Source: Eledone cirrhosa (Eukaryota). From it: a stretch of DNA of 64,000 bases. The notes under the pieces are model-generated. The model made no database searches. It had not been told where the DNA came from and worked only from the letters and a program-made list of their open reading frames with translations. Position numbers and translations under genes: made by a program. Numbering within the stretch: the stretch's first letter is position 1; the number at the start of each line of letters is the position of its first letter. The DNA lies in assembly GCA_964016885.1 (NCBI GenBank), contig OZ024744.1, positions 42,532,001-42,596,000 of the forward strand, in the 5' to 3' direction. Positions 32,475-43,820 of this stretch are shown piece after piece.

Positions 32475-33313
32475 GCTGGTGGAGAAGAGTTGGCGAAAAA
32501 GGACGAAAAGGTGCACTACCTTTTCGTTTCCTGGAGATCGGCTTGTTCAATCCCCATGTGGGTGCTGGAGGGGGTGTTGGGTGGGGTGGGGAAACCTTTT
32601 AACAGGACGCGGTTGATGGGTTTCTGGCAGGGGTTGCCGACATCCTGCGAAAATTTATTTTTCAGGTCACTATAGGTCTCCATAGAAACCCTTATAAGTT
32701 TAAGGTGTGGAGACGATTTTGCTTTAACGAAAGTTTTGCCCTCCGCCACCTTGGGGTTTTGGGAGATGACCTCCATCAAACTCTTGTTGTTTATGTTGAT
32801 GTATGCGTATTGTTGTTTGTGTTTTTTTGTGTTGTTATTGTTTGTTGTTCGTTCGGGAGTTTTCTTTTAATGGTGGGTGCTTGTGTTTGGGGTGGTGTTG
32901 GTGTTGGTTTTGCTGGTAGGGGGATATTTGACTGTGGTGTTGTTTGTGTTGTTGTTTGTGTCTGTGTGTTGGTGTTGGTGATTGAAGTTTTGTGGGTTTT
33001 GTGGTGTCTCTTTTTTTTGTTTTTTGGATTTCCGAGGCTCTTCTTCACTTAAAGAAGGAGAAGCAGCCTCATCTGTTAATGAATAATCATCGTCAGGAGT
33101 GTGTGGAAGGGGTATATTGTGTAGTGGTGGTGTTTCGGTGTGTGTGTGTGTGGTAGTGTTTGATGGAGTGGGATGGGTGGGCTGTGTTCTTCAGGGGTGT
33201 TGTCTGTGTTTTTTCTATTGCTGTTGGTTGAGTGGCTGTTTGTTTTGGTGTGTTTGCTTGTTTCGTGTGTTGTTGTTGTTGTGGTGGTGGTTGTTTTGGT
33301 GTTGGTAACAGTG

Positions 33314-33682
33314 TATAGCGAGAGTACTGGGTTGTATGAATGTAACAAAACGAGACATGGTTTGTGTGTATAATATTTAATTAACAATGGTAGATAGTAT
33401 ACTTGACATGTCAAAGATAGATGTTAGAATGAAACAAAGTTAGTAGTTACCGTTTTGATTGCCAGGCAATGGTGGCTGGCAGAGGACGCCTGGCTAAGGC
33501 CAGGCGCCTGTTGGCCAAATTAATGGCAGAGCCAAATGAGAGGCTCTTGACCTGGTGCCGAAAAGGCAAAGAGAGTTAGAAAGCTTAAAGTTGTTAGTTT
33601 TATAGGGCTCTGACCGGAAGTTGCAGAAAGGGTTCTACTTCCCGTCTAGATCCCAATCAAAACAAGGGAGACAACCGCTACA
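33314..33682 (-). repeat. 3' LTR (369 bp)
   Basis: No difference from 35125-35493 found by eye; contains TATAAAA and ATTAAA on the minus strand. Confidence 0.95.
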
Positions 33683-35091
33683 TAACCTCCCGCCAGAATT
33701 TTAGTGTATAAAAATCGAAATATAAAAATATAAAAATCGAAATATAAAAATCGAAATATAAAAATCGAAAATATGTAGCAAGTTGGCGAGAATGTTGTAA
33801 CAGGCATGAAAATTACGACAAAAGAATGTTTGGAAAAATCAATGATAGATATCAAGGTAGTCAACCGCTCTTGGCCAGAGAACGACTGGACATCCATCTA
33901 TCCATCACCCAAAGATACAATGTAATAAAGTAAAAGTAATAGAAGAGCTCAAAGTTCAAATGTACAAAATATAGTTCACAGGTGTGCAATCACATGACAG
34001 CAGGAAAGAAAGTGTGTTCCAGAGAATGAATGCAGGTGGTCTCTGTTCTGTGCTATATCGTGAAATTTCCAACCTCCGAATGGATTTTCTCACAGGGAGA
34101 GTGCTGCAAAAATAAATTCTCTGGCGTTCTGCTGGTTGTTGGTGAAGCTGTGTTGATGTATTGCTGCTGATGCTGTTGTCTCGCTGGGTGAGCGTATTCG
34201 GTGTTTAAATTCACAGTAAAAAAAAAAAATTTTTTTTTTTTTTAGAAAAAATGAGTTGCGCAAAGTGCTAGAAATAGCAGCCGAAGTTGATGGTCGATGT
34301 TGAGAATGCGTTGACCTGGAAGGGTCAAGAGGCCAGCGACCAGAGAAATAAGCATTCTTAATAAATGCGCGGTTATCAACGGTAAATTTACATTATAAAT
34401 TTATAAACCGGCAAATAGAAGAATATAGCTTAAGGCTGAAGAATCCTTGGCGAGAAATGTTATCTCTGGCGTGCGGCTATGTCTGTGTGTAGAGACATCT
34501 CTGTGAATCGAGAATTTGTGCTGCCTACACGTGCCAATACAAGGTTGAAAAAAATAATATTTCTAACGCGCGAGAAAATGATAGTGCAATTTTGAAAGTG
34601 AGAATGATGAAAAAGAAAGGCTTCACTCAGCATAATTATTGGTGTGAACTTTAGAAAAAAACAAAAAACTTGAACGATGAAGAAAACGATGAACAAAAAG
34701 GCAATGGTTCATCGAAAATAAATGTTCCTGTTGAAATGTTTTTTTAAAGAATATCAAATTTCTTTTTTTTTTTTTTGTGTTTTGAAAGAGTTCGTTGTAA
34801 GAAACGAGAAACATATATATATATCGTGAAATGTTGTTTTTTTTTTTTTTGTTTTGAAAGTGTTCGTTGTAAGAAACGAGAAACATATATATATATTGGT
34901 GAAATGCGACAGTTAATTGATGCGTGAGAGAAAAAGTCTGTCTGTGCGAATTCCACATGTGCGTGTGTGCGTGTCCTTGAGTATTTTCATAGTTTGTCGC
35001 TAAATTTGCTGTGTATTCGTAATGTTACTCACAAAACCAGATGTGCTATTTTTTTCTTTTTTGGGGGGGGTGACCACTTATAGCGATGAAC

Positions 35092-35123
35092 GGCTGCGTG
35101 TTCGTATCACGTCAGGGTTACCA
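35092..35123 (-). promoter_or_regulatory. Primer-binding site complementary to the tRNA-Trp 3' end (extended)
   Basis: TGGTAACCCTGACGTGAT lies 1 nt after the LTR, versus the canonical Trp PBS TGGTGACCCCGACGTGAT; the match continues through the T arm. Confidence 0.88.
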
Positions 35124-35124
35124 A

Positions 35125-35493
35125 TATAGCGAGAGTACTGGGTTGTATGAATGTAACAAAACGAGACATGGTTTGTGTGTATAATATTTAATTAACAATG
35201 GTAGATAGTATACTTGACATGTCAAAGATAGATGTTAGAATGAAACAAAGTTAGTAGTTACCGTTTTGATTGCCAGGCAATGGTGGCTGGCAGAGGACGC
35301 CTGGCTAAGGCCAGGCGCCTGTTGGCCAAATTAATGGCAGAGCCAAATGAGAGGCTCTTGACCTGGTGCCGAAAAGGCAAAGAGAGTTAGAAAGCTTAAA
35401 GTTGTTAGTTTTATAGGGCTCTGACCGGAAGTTGCAGAAAGGGTTCTACTTCCCGTCTAGATCCCAATCAAAACAAGGGAGACAACCGCTACA
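35125..35493 (-). repeat. 5' LTR (369 bp)
   Basis: Direct repeat of 33314-33682, followed by the PBS. Confidence 0.95.
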
Positions 35494-37132
35494 AGTGTTT
35501 TCTTTTGTATTGTTTTGGTTGAGCGTGTTTGTAAAGGGCAGGAGGCATTTAGGTGTGTGGTGCTATTGCAACAAAAGCAATGTGGTTTTCATCCCTCCAC
35601 CGAAATGTTTATGTGGCTGTTATTGTCCACCAGCACTTTTTCTGGTATTTTGGAGATTCTTTCCGGGCTCATTTACACCAGAATCTCCAAATTTGTACCA
35701 GACCACGTGTGTCTGGTTGACTTTTTGATGGAGAGAATGGTATTTTTTCTCTCCTCTAAAACTCCTGCCAATATCCACTAAATATTAATATTTGGTGGTA
35801 CGTTTGTAATTCTGATTTTTTGTGTCCTTTTTCCCAGGTATGTAGGGAAAAGGGTGTATTTTTTTGACAGTATTGGCGTCACTGAGTATCTGCGTGCAAA
35901 GGCCTCGCTTTTGAGGAGTACCGAAATACTCCCGTTCTGTTTTGGCCTTCTGCATAAAGTCAATGTTTGGCAATATCTCCTTCAAGGTTGCTCAGTTTCC
36001 CCTTGACATAGGAATTGTGGTCGTTTTGTTTCATTTGAAGCAGTTCTGAAAGTAATTGTCCTTCGAAATGTCTCCAGACGAATTTCTGGGGGAGTTTATT
36101 TGAAATCCACCGTTTTCACCGAAAGTGATAAACTCCTTTGCTTCAGAGGGCATCTGTTTCGCATTGGAGATATCGAGATCTTTGAATTCTTGTTTTTTGA
36201 TGACTGTTTGTGCAAAAGTTTTTTGGTGTTGTTGTTAATGTTGTTGTTGTGGTTGTCGGTTTTTCCGTTTGTAGTTGTGTCAATGGTTTTATTTTCTGTT
36301 GTTTTTGGTGTCTGTTGTACACTGTGTGGTTCGATCTTCTTTTTATTTTTGTTGTCCATATTGGCTTCCATGGTGACGCCAATACATGCGGAGTTAGAGG
36401 TAACGTTATTATTATTTGTGACTTTCTGTAAAAGTTATTTTTGAGGTGTTGTTGTTGTTGTTGTCGGTTTTTCCGTTTGTAGTTGCTTCTATTGTTTCAT
36501 TTTTTGTGGTTTTTGATGTCTGTTGTAAGCTGTGTGGTCCATCTTGTAAGTTGCATTTTTCGGCTTCTTGGCAAAACAAAACTTTGTTGTCACTATTTGT
36601 CTCCATAGTGACGCCTATGTCGGCAGAAGTTACGGTAACGTTACTCTCTGCATTTCTCTCTCTACGTCAGCGTTCACTAGCGTTCCTTCTACTAAGCTAG
36701 CCATTATCGATAACAAAAGTATAAAATTTTTGAAAAATTTTCAAATATAATTTTCGCCCCTGTGGGGCGAAAACTTATATTACAACTCAGCTGACAATTC
36801 AGCCTGAGTGTTAATCTATCAAACAATATAAATTTTCACACAATAAATTCTGTTTTTGTATAGAAACTTTTACAAAACTTACCGACAATCTAAGGCACGT
36901 CCGGTCGATAGATAGATTTCTTTATTTACCATAAAGGCATAAAAAGAAGGGACAAATACAAAGGGGGGAGTTTACATATAATCGAGTAAAAAGGGTGTAA
37001 AATGAAAATAATCGAAAATAACCTCAAAAGGGAGGGGACGTGATGGGGGTTGCACACACACCCGAAAAAGTGTGCAATCCTTTGCCCGGGGAGCACATGG
37101 AGAAGGTGCTCCCCTCTCCTTCACTTCTTTAC

Positions 37133-40100
37133 CTACAGGATGGTATACAGAGAAGGCCCATTTACACGAGCCATTCTCGCTACTATCACCCACCTTTCAT
37201 AAAACTGCCTGTGGCCAAGCACCTCTCTCTCCATTCTTATCCTTCTTCCGAAGTGATATCGGAAGAAGTAGACCAGACTATGGCCAGAGAGGAAGTTTCC
37301 TGACCTCAGACCTTTCAATCGTGTCCACCAAACAACCTCTTTCAACATGGCTATTACGCACAGAAAAACCGCCTTTGCTTCCTTTGTGAAGAGGGGAGGC
37401 GGTTTGATTGTCATCACGGACTCGGCGGTCAATTTAATCGGCGCCACCCGCGACAGCAGTCGTTCGGCGTAGCCCCACAGATCAGCCACGCCCGGACATT
37501 GCACCAATGCGTGCGCAACGGTTTCTTCGTGACGCACGCATCTAGGGCAAATCTTTTTTGAGGGATCCCTGCCCGGGCGCCCGTGTCTGTAGAGCCTCTC
37601 TCGAACGGGTAGAGCCCCCCCGGTAGCACTGCCAGGCCAATGACTTCTGGAAGTTGTCCATTGGTCCTGGGCCGAAAGTCCTACCGAACAGGCTGGCCAG
37701 TTCGTCTTCTTCCATGTCCAGCGACTCTCCAAGGGTGTCATCGCCCCTGCTAGCCACCAGCCCTCTATAGAATGATGAGGTGGATTCTCCACCGATGGCC
37801 TGGCCCGCTTGCCAGAGAGCCCTGAGCGCCTGAGCACACTCAGTGTGCCAGTCTCCCAGTTTTCCGGATCTTTGCTTGACCCAGGACTGTAGCTCGGTGA
37901 GCGAGACGAGTCTCGGAAAGGCTCGTTTCACGAACGGAGCCCACACCGGTTGACCAGTGAGGAATACCTGTAGGTGCCGTAGCCTTAATGCGTGCCTACG
38001 CATCATCAACCACGGCATCCCCAGCCCTCCTTTCGAAGGTTGTTGGCAGCAGATGGATCTTCTCACCATAGGAGGGCGCTTCTTCCAAAGAAATTGGAAG
38101 AGCATGCGTTCCATGGTGGTGAGTGTTTCCTTAGGGCAAGGCACGACAGTCAGGCGGTAGTAAGTGACGGACGCTATGTAAATGTTCGCCACCTCCGCCC
38201 GGCCTTTTAGGGACAGCTTACACTTGGCCCATTTCTGGGTTAGTGCAAACACCTTGTTCGTAACCTCGTTCCAGTTCTTTTCCACCTGGAGGTCCGGTCC
38301 AAACCAGACCCCAAGCAACTTTACCGGGCCCTCCGTCCAGTGTCCGACGACACCGTCAGGAGGCATCGGTCTGCCTCTCCACGTTCCGAGTTGCAGCCCG
38401 ATGGATTTTTTCCGGTTCAGTTTCGCTCCTGACAACCTTTCGTACTCCTCCAGTAAGGTACCGATCGCCTCGATCTCCGAGTCGGTCGATACCATTACTG
38501 TTACGTCATCGGCGTAGGCCGACAACGCTTTGCTCAATCCTGGTTCCAGGGGGATACCCTGCAACAACTCCAACTTCCTCAGTAAAGGCTCGAGAGTCAA
38601 TACGTACAGAAGGGAGGAGAGAGGGCACCCCTATCGAATGGATCGTGTGATTTCGAACGGCTTCGAAAGGTAGCCGTTCACCTTGATCCTAGAACAGATG
38701 TGGTTGCTATGTAGGGCAGTGATCCAGCCTCTGAAAACAGGACCGAACCCAGCCGCCGCTAGCACCGCATCCAGGTAACCATGGTCGACCCTATCGAAGG
38801 CCTTAGACTGATCCAAGTTGATCAGGGCCCCACCGAAGCCGGGTTTGTTGCCAACCCTCTCTATGATGTATCGCATGAGGTGGAGGTTATCGTGAATGGA
38901 CCTGGATGGGATAGCACATGTCTGCGCATCTCCCACCAGGCCACCCACGACAAGCGCCAACCTCTTTGCTAACACCTTGGCCAAAATCTTTAACTCTGTG
39001 TTTAGCAGGGTTATGGGCTGAAAATTATTTATACTATCCCCCTTGTTCTCGTCCTTCCTCACCAGCGTGACTACGCCCTTGGCTACAGAACACGGAATTC
39101 TCCCGTTCTGCTGCCAATTGCAGTAGACCGCTTCGAGGAGTTCGGAGAAGAAGACCGGCATTGCTAAATAAAGTTCGTAAGGTATACCATCGAGACCTGG
39201 AGATTTGCGTCTGCTGCATTGGCTCAGCGCATCTCCGATCTCATCAGCCGAGATTGGTCCCTCGCAGGACTCTGCCTCTTCGCTCGAGAGACGCGGCAGG
39301 CCGTGGAGGTATGGACCGAAATCCACGCCCCCGCCCGGACCCTCGCCTCCCCCGAACAATCGGGCAAAGTGCCTTTGAAAGGCCTCGCACATCTGCTTAG
39401 GCTCCCGGATCACCCGTCCATCTTCGTCTTGCAACGACCGGATGGTGGATCGATTTCCACTCTTAGCTTCTGTCACGCGGGCCCAGCCAACGGCTTTGGC
39501 CCCCTCATTACCTAGAGCACGTATTTTACTTCGAATGACGCAGCCTTCGTGCTTTGCATCGAAAAACTGGTTCAAGGCCGTCCTCGATGCCAGCACTCTG
39601 GCCACATCTTCGCTCTTGATTGCCTCTTCTAATTTACCTGTTAATTCTTTCTCGTTTCTATTCCTATCGGCAGCTAACATCTTGCTATAACTTATTGATT
39701 CTGTTCTAATCTCTCTTTTGAGAGATGCCCACCATCGGTTGTTGACGATTGCACCCGTCAACCTCTCCTTAACTAATCTGCTAATCCGGTTTCTGTAAGT
39801 CTCTTTTGCTGGTAAAGACAAATTAAGTTTCCAGTAACCGGGACCCTGTCTATGTGTTTTCTCGAGATTGACCACGCAGGTCACTAATTTGTGATCCGTG
39901 TAGCCAACCGTGCGCATTTCTGGACAGCTTAATATGTCCCTATCCTTACTTCTAACTAAGAATCTATCTAAGTACGATCTAGATTGACCACTGTGGTTTC
40001 TCCAAGTCCAGGTAGGCACAGTTGGAAAATCTAGTCGATATCTATCGACCAAGTTAAAACGGTCGAGTAACCCCTTGAGGCTGTTACACCCCCTCTATTA

Positions 40101-40570
40101 GGACATGCTCCTGCATAGTCCCAACGTGCATCCAGGATGTCATTCCAATCCCCCGCTAGAAACAGGGAACGCGACGTTCCCAGAAAAGTCTCCAAACGCT
40201 GGAAGAAGTCGGGCCGTTCAGCTCCGAAAGGGGAGTAGACGGCGACCAGTCTCAAGGCCGCACTTTCACTACTGCCAACGTCTAGCACCAACAAACGACC
40301 CTCCGGGTCCGAGTGCACAACCTGTACGGCAAGACCCAGGTGTTTTTGCAGCAGTACGACAACCCCACCCCCACCTCCAGGTTGACAGAGAGATGCATGC
40401 ACCTCAAAGTCATCGAAGGTGGGGGCCAGCTGCCGCACGACGCTGATTCGAGTCTCACAGATAACCATTACATTTATACTACATGACCTGAGGTCATTTA
40501 GAAGCTTTGCTTGCTTCCAAGTTGAGCCCAGGCCACGTGCATTCAAACATCCTACTCTTAACACATCCAT
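37133..40570 (-). pseudogene. E5 ORF2: APE endonuclease, reverse transcriptase and C-terminal zinc finger
   Basis: NARGL, CET, GDWN, SYLDR, TDH; LDQSKAFDRV, YADDV; CPRC..HALVQC. Broken by frameshifts near 40080 and 37620 and a stop at 38631. Confidence 0.94.
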
Positions 40571-40603
40571 GTGGGCGGCAGAGCCAAAGGAGAGTGTAGA
40601 GAC

Positions 40604-42480
40604 CTACCTTTCCGCTTCCCGGGGTTCGGGTTGCACGACTTCCATGGGGTCGGGGGTGTTGGGTGAAGGGGTGTCTTGTGGTGGTGTGGGGTCGTCAGTG
40701 TGTGGTGGGGTTGGGGTGTTTGGAGTTGTGTTGGGGAGGGGAAGGGGAGGGGGAAAGCTTTTTAGTAGGACGCGGTTTATGGGTTTGACAGAGGGTGGTC
40801 CTACGTCCTCCTTAAAATCCTTTTTTAGTTTTTGGTAGAGGTTCATTGGGATCTTTATTAATTTTAAATGTGGGTAGTTTTCTGACGAAACAAAGTTTAC
40901 ACCTTCGGTTTGTACCGAAGGATTATTGTATATGAGTTCATTTAATTTATTATTGTTTCTGTTGATGTAAGTATAGTGTAATGTCTTTTTTTCGGATGGT
41001 GTGAGTGTTTCGAAGAGGGGAGGGGCAGGTTTGGTTTTGTTTGTTGCTGGAGGGGTGTTTCCTGTTTTGTTGGATTGTGTTGAGATTTGGGTGGGGGTTG
41101 TTTGTCCTTGTGTGTTTTGCACATGTTTTCTTTTTTTCCTTTTAATCTGTCTGAAGGACTCCGTTTCTTCCTCCGAATTCGTTGGGTTATCTTCAGTGTT
41201 GGAGGGAAGAGGTATGTTTGCTGGTAATGTTTCCGTGTTGGTTTTCTTTGTGGGTGAGATGGATGTCACTATGTTAGACTGTGTTGTGTGTTGTGTCTGC
41301 GGTGGTTGTGTTGTTTTATTGAGTGAGAGGTTGGGTGGGCCTGTATTTTGTTTTGGGGTAATGTGTTGTGACTGTTTGTGTTGTGGTGGTGTTGTGGTTT
41401 TACTGAGGGACGGGTTGGGTGGGACTGAGTTTTGTTGTTTGTTTATCTGTTGTGGTGGTGGTGGTGGAGCTGGTGTTGGTAGCAGGGTTTTCTTTTTGTT
41501 GAGTTGGGGACAAGCGGCCTTCAGGTGCCCTCTGCCTGCACAGATATGGCAGGACGGCCTTCTCCCCTCCATGCTAATGTTTATATATCCGTGGTCCTCT
41601 AATAGGATTCTGTCGGGTATTTGGGCGATGCGTTCAGGCTTCATTTGCACTACCAGCTCTATACCTGTTCCACTGAACGCATTGCCTGTGGTTTTCCCAA
41701 TGGAAATCACGTTGTCATTCACTGGATCGATGAAGCCAGCTATGAGCCAGCAGTAGTCCACATCTGGCATCATTGCATCCAGTCATATGCGTTGAGTTCT
41801 TTTCCCCATATAAGATGGATAAAAGGTGAAATTTTTCGAACGAATCGGTGACAAAGCACATTTTTTTGCCGCCGATTCGTTCTTCATGATAATTGCTAGG
41901 CTTCCATACAGTCTGTCTTTTCTTATGAAAGTGGTTTCATTAAGTACTTCTGTGAGTACTGTTTTGATATCTGCTTGAGAAGGCTGTTCAGGTTTTTTTG
42001 TACTGTTGTTGATGGTCCGAAACTTGACCGTTCGGCTTTCAATGTCTTTCGTGAATTCTTGAGGCATTTTTACCGATAAAAAATACCATTCTCTCCTTCA
42101 CTTGTGTATTGTTTGGCGTCTGTGATCCTTCGTACCACATCTGAAATATTTTCCGCTATATAAGTCAAAGATTTCTTTGTTTTCTGTGCAAATGAAATCT
42201 TGTCGTCTGCTTTGCTTTCTGATATGGTGTTATTTTCAAATGTTATTTTTGTGTTTGTTGTGTCTTTGTTTGTGTTATTAGTATTGTCATGCAATTTTTC
42301 AAATTTTTTTTTTTCGTTGTTGGAATCCATGTCCAGATTTGTGTTTTCGTCATTTTTTTTCTCCGCAGATTCGTCTGTTTTTATTTTAATTTTTCCTTCC
42401 TTCTCTATGACGTTAGTTTGGAAGGAAGGGGGGACTAAAGCGTGCGAGCTTACAACTCTTACCGCTGTCCCCCCCACCAC
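40604..42480 (-). pseudogene. E5 ORF1: gag-like nucleic-acid-binding protein with a CCHC knuckle and a Pro/Thr/Gln-rich tail
   Basis: CHICAGRGHLKAAC (CX2CX4HX4C). One in-frame TGA at 41783 and a frame change near 42070; the start codon is uncertain. Confidence 0.88.
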
Positions 42481-42759
42481 TATTTTCGTTCGCTGCGTTT
42501 AACATTTCTGTTAGACGATTGAAATTTTTTACACAAAATTTTTTAAAACAGGTTTTTCACCTCTAGGAGGGGTAAAGATGAGCTGACCCACCGCCTGACA
42601 GTTCAGACGGAGGGTCAAGCTACACAATTGTATCAAAATTAAGTTTGAACTCACAAAATTTCCTCAATAAATTTGAACAAAACTTCTGTGCGAAGTGAAT
42701 GACATCCACACTCTAGAACAGACGACAGCTAGATTGTCCGGTCGATAGATAGATAGATA

Positions 42760-43139
42760 TATTTCTTTATTAGCCACAGGGGCACAAAAGAAGGGGACAA
42801 ATACAAAGGGGGAAGTTTACATACAATAAAAACGTGTAAAATGTTATCACAGATGGAATTTAAAAGTTAGTCGATTTTCCCCAATAGAGGGAGACAGTTT
42901 ATATGGGTAACACATACCCCCGAAAAAATGTGCAACCCTCATCTCCAGGAGTACGAAGAGCTTGTACTCCTTTCCTCTCCTCCTCCTTTTCCTCAATCTA
43001 CAGGCTGATATAGAGAGAAGGCCCATTCACTCGGGCCATTCTCGCCACTTTCACCCACCTTTCATAAAACTTGCTGCGGTACAGCACCTCTCTCTCCATC
43101 CTGATTCTTCTTCCAAAGTGGTATTTGAAAAAAAGAATC

Positions 43140-43140
<1 letters not shown>
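42760..43140 (-). mobile_element. Tx1-like 3' fragment (E4), ~380 bp, bounded by (GATA)n on both sides
   Basis: Encodes the ORF2 C-terminus LILFFKYHFGRRIRMEREVL...GPSLYISL* plus the 3' UTR. Confidence 0.93.
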
Positions 43141-43216
<76 letters not shown>

Positions 43217-43718
43217 TGTTTCTTTATTAGCCACAGGGGCACAAAAGAAGGGGACAAATACAAAGGGGGAAGTTTACAAACAATAAAAACGTGTAAAATG
43301 TTATCACAAATGCAATTTAAAAAGTTAGTCGATTTTCCCCAATAGGGGGAGACAGTTCATATGGGTAACACATACCCCCGAAAAAATGTGCAACCCTCAA
43401 CTCCAGGAGTACGAAGAGTTTGTACTCCTTTACTCTCCTCCTCCTTGTCCTCAACCTACAGGCTGATATAGAGAGAAGGCCCATTCACTCGGGCCATTCT
43501 CGCCACTTTCACCCACCTTTCATAAAACTTGCTGGGTTACAGCACCTCTCTCTCCATCCTGATTCTTCTTCCAAAGTGGTATTTGAAAAAAAGAATCAGT
43601 TGTTGGCCGGAGAGAAAGGTGTCTGACCTCAGCCCTTTCAACCTTGTCCACCATACAACCTCTTTCGCCATAGCTATCACACAAAGGAAAACCGCCTCCC
43701 CTTCGTTTTTGAAGGAGG
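43217..43718 (-). mobile_element. Tx1-like 3' fragment (E3), ~500 bp, bounded by (GATA)n
   Basis: Nearly identical to E4 over the shared part; extends to AVFLCVIAMAKEVVWW. Confidence 0.93.
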
Positions 43719-43752
43719 TAGATAAATAGATAGATAGATAGATAGATAGATA

Positions 43753-43798
43753 TATTTCTTTATTAGCCACAGGGGCACAAAAGAAGGGGACAAATACA
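43753..43798 (-). mobile_element. Tx1-like extreme 3' stub (E2), ~46 bp, bounded by (GATA)n
   Basis: TTTCTTTATTAGCCACAGGGGCACAAAAGAAGGGGACAAATACA is identical to the E3/E4 termini. Confidence 0.88.
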
Positions 43799-43820
43799 TA
43801 GATAGATAGATAGATAGATA

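Larger units (their letters stand above)
33314..35493 (-). mobile_element. Non-autonomous LTR retroelement (Gypsy-like termini), 2180 bp, inserted in E6 ORF1
   Basis: Two 369-bp direct repeats; 4-bp TSD AGTG (33310-33313 and 35494-35497); termini TGTAGCG...CGCTATA; PBS next to the 5' LTR; purine tract GGCGGGAGG before the 3' LTR; no gag/pol ORF inside. Confidence 0.93.
32516..36606 (-). pseudogene. E6 ORF1 remnant, interrupted by the LTR element
   Basis: Homologous to E5 ORF1: PTYLGKRTQKI vs PSYMGKRTQRI, and PHLKLI..KPINRVLLK in both. Contains stops and frameshifts. Confidence 0.8.
28964..36906 (-). mobile_element. Full-length but decayed Tx1-like LINE (E6), ~5.76 kb excluding the nested LTR element
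   Basis: The 5' end GACCGGAC is shared with E5. ORF1 remnants, ORF2 with APE and RT, then a 3' end AATAAAGAAATATA(TCTA)n. Confidence 0.92.
36918..42743 (-). mobile_element. Full-length Tx1-like LINE (E5), ~5.83 kb, few disabling mutations
   Basis: 5' UTR starting GACCGGAC, ORF1 with a zinc knuckle, ORF2 with APE-RT-CCHC, and a 3' UTR ending AATAAAGAAA(TCTA)n. Confidence 0.95.

Noticed and set aside
35092-35123. tRNA gene
   Set aside because: Only the 3' 32 nt including an encoded CCA are present, directly beside an LTR, so it is a primer-binding site.
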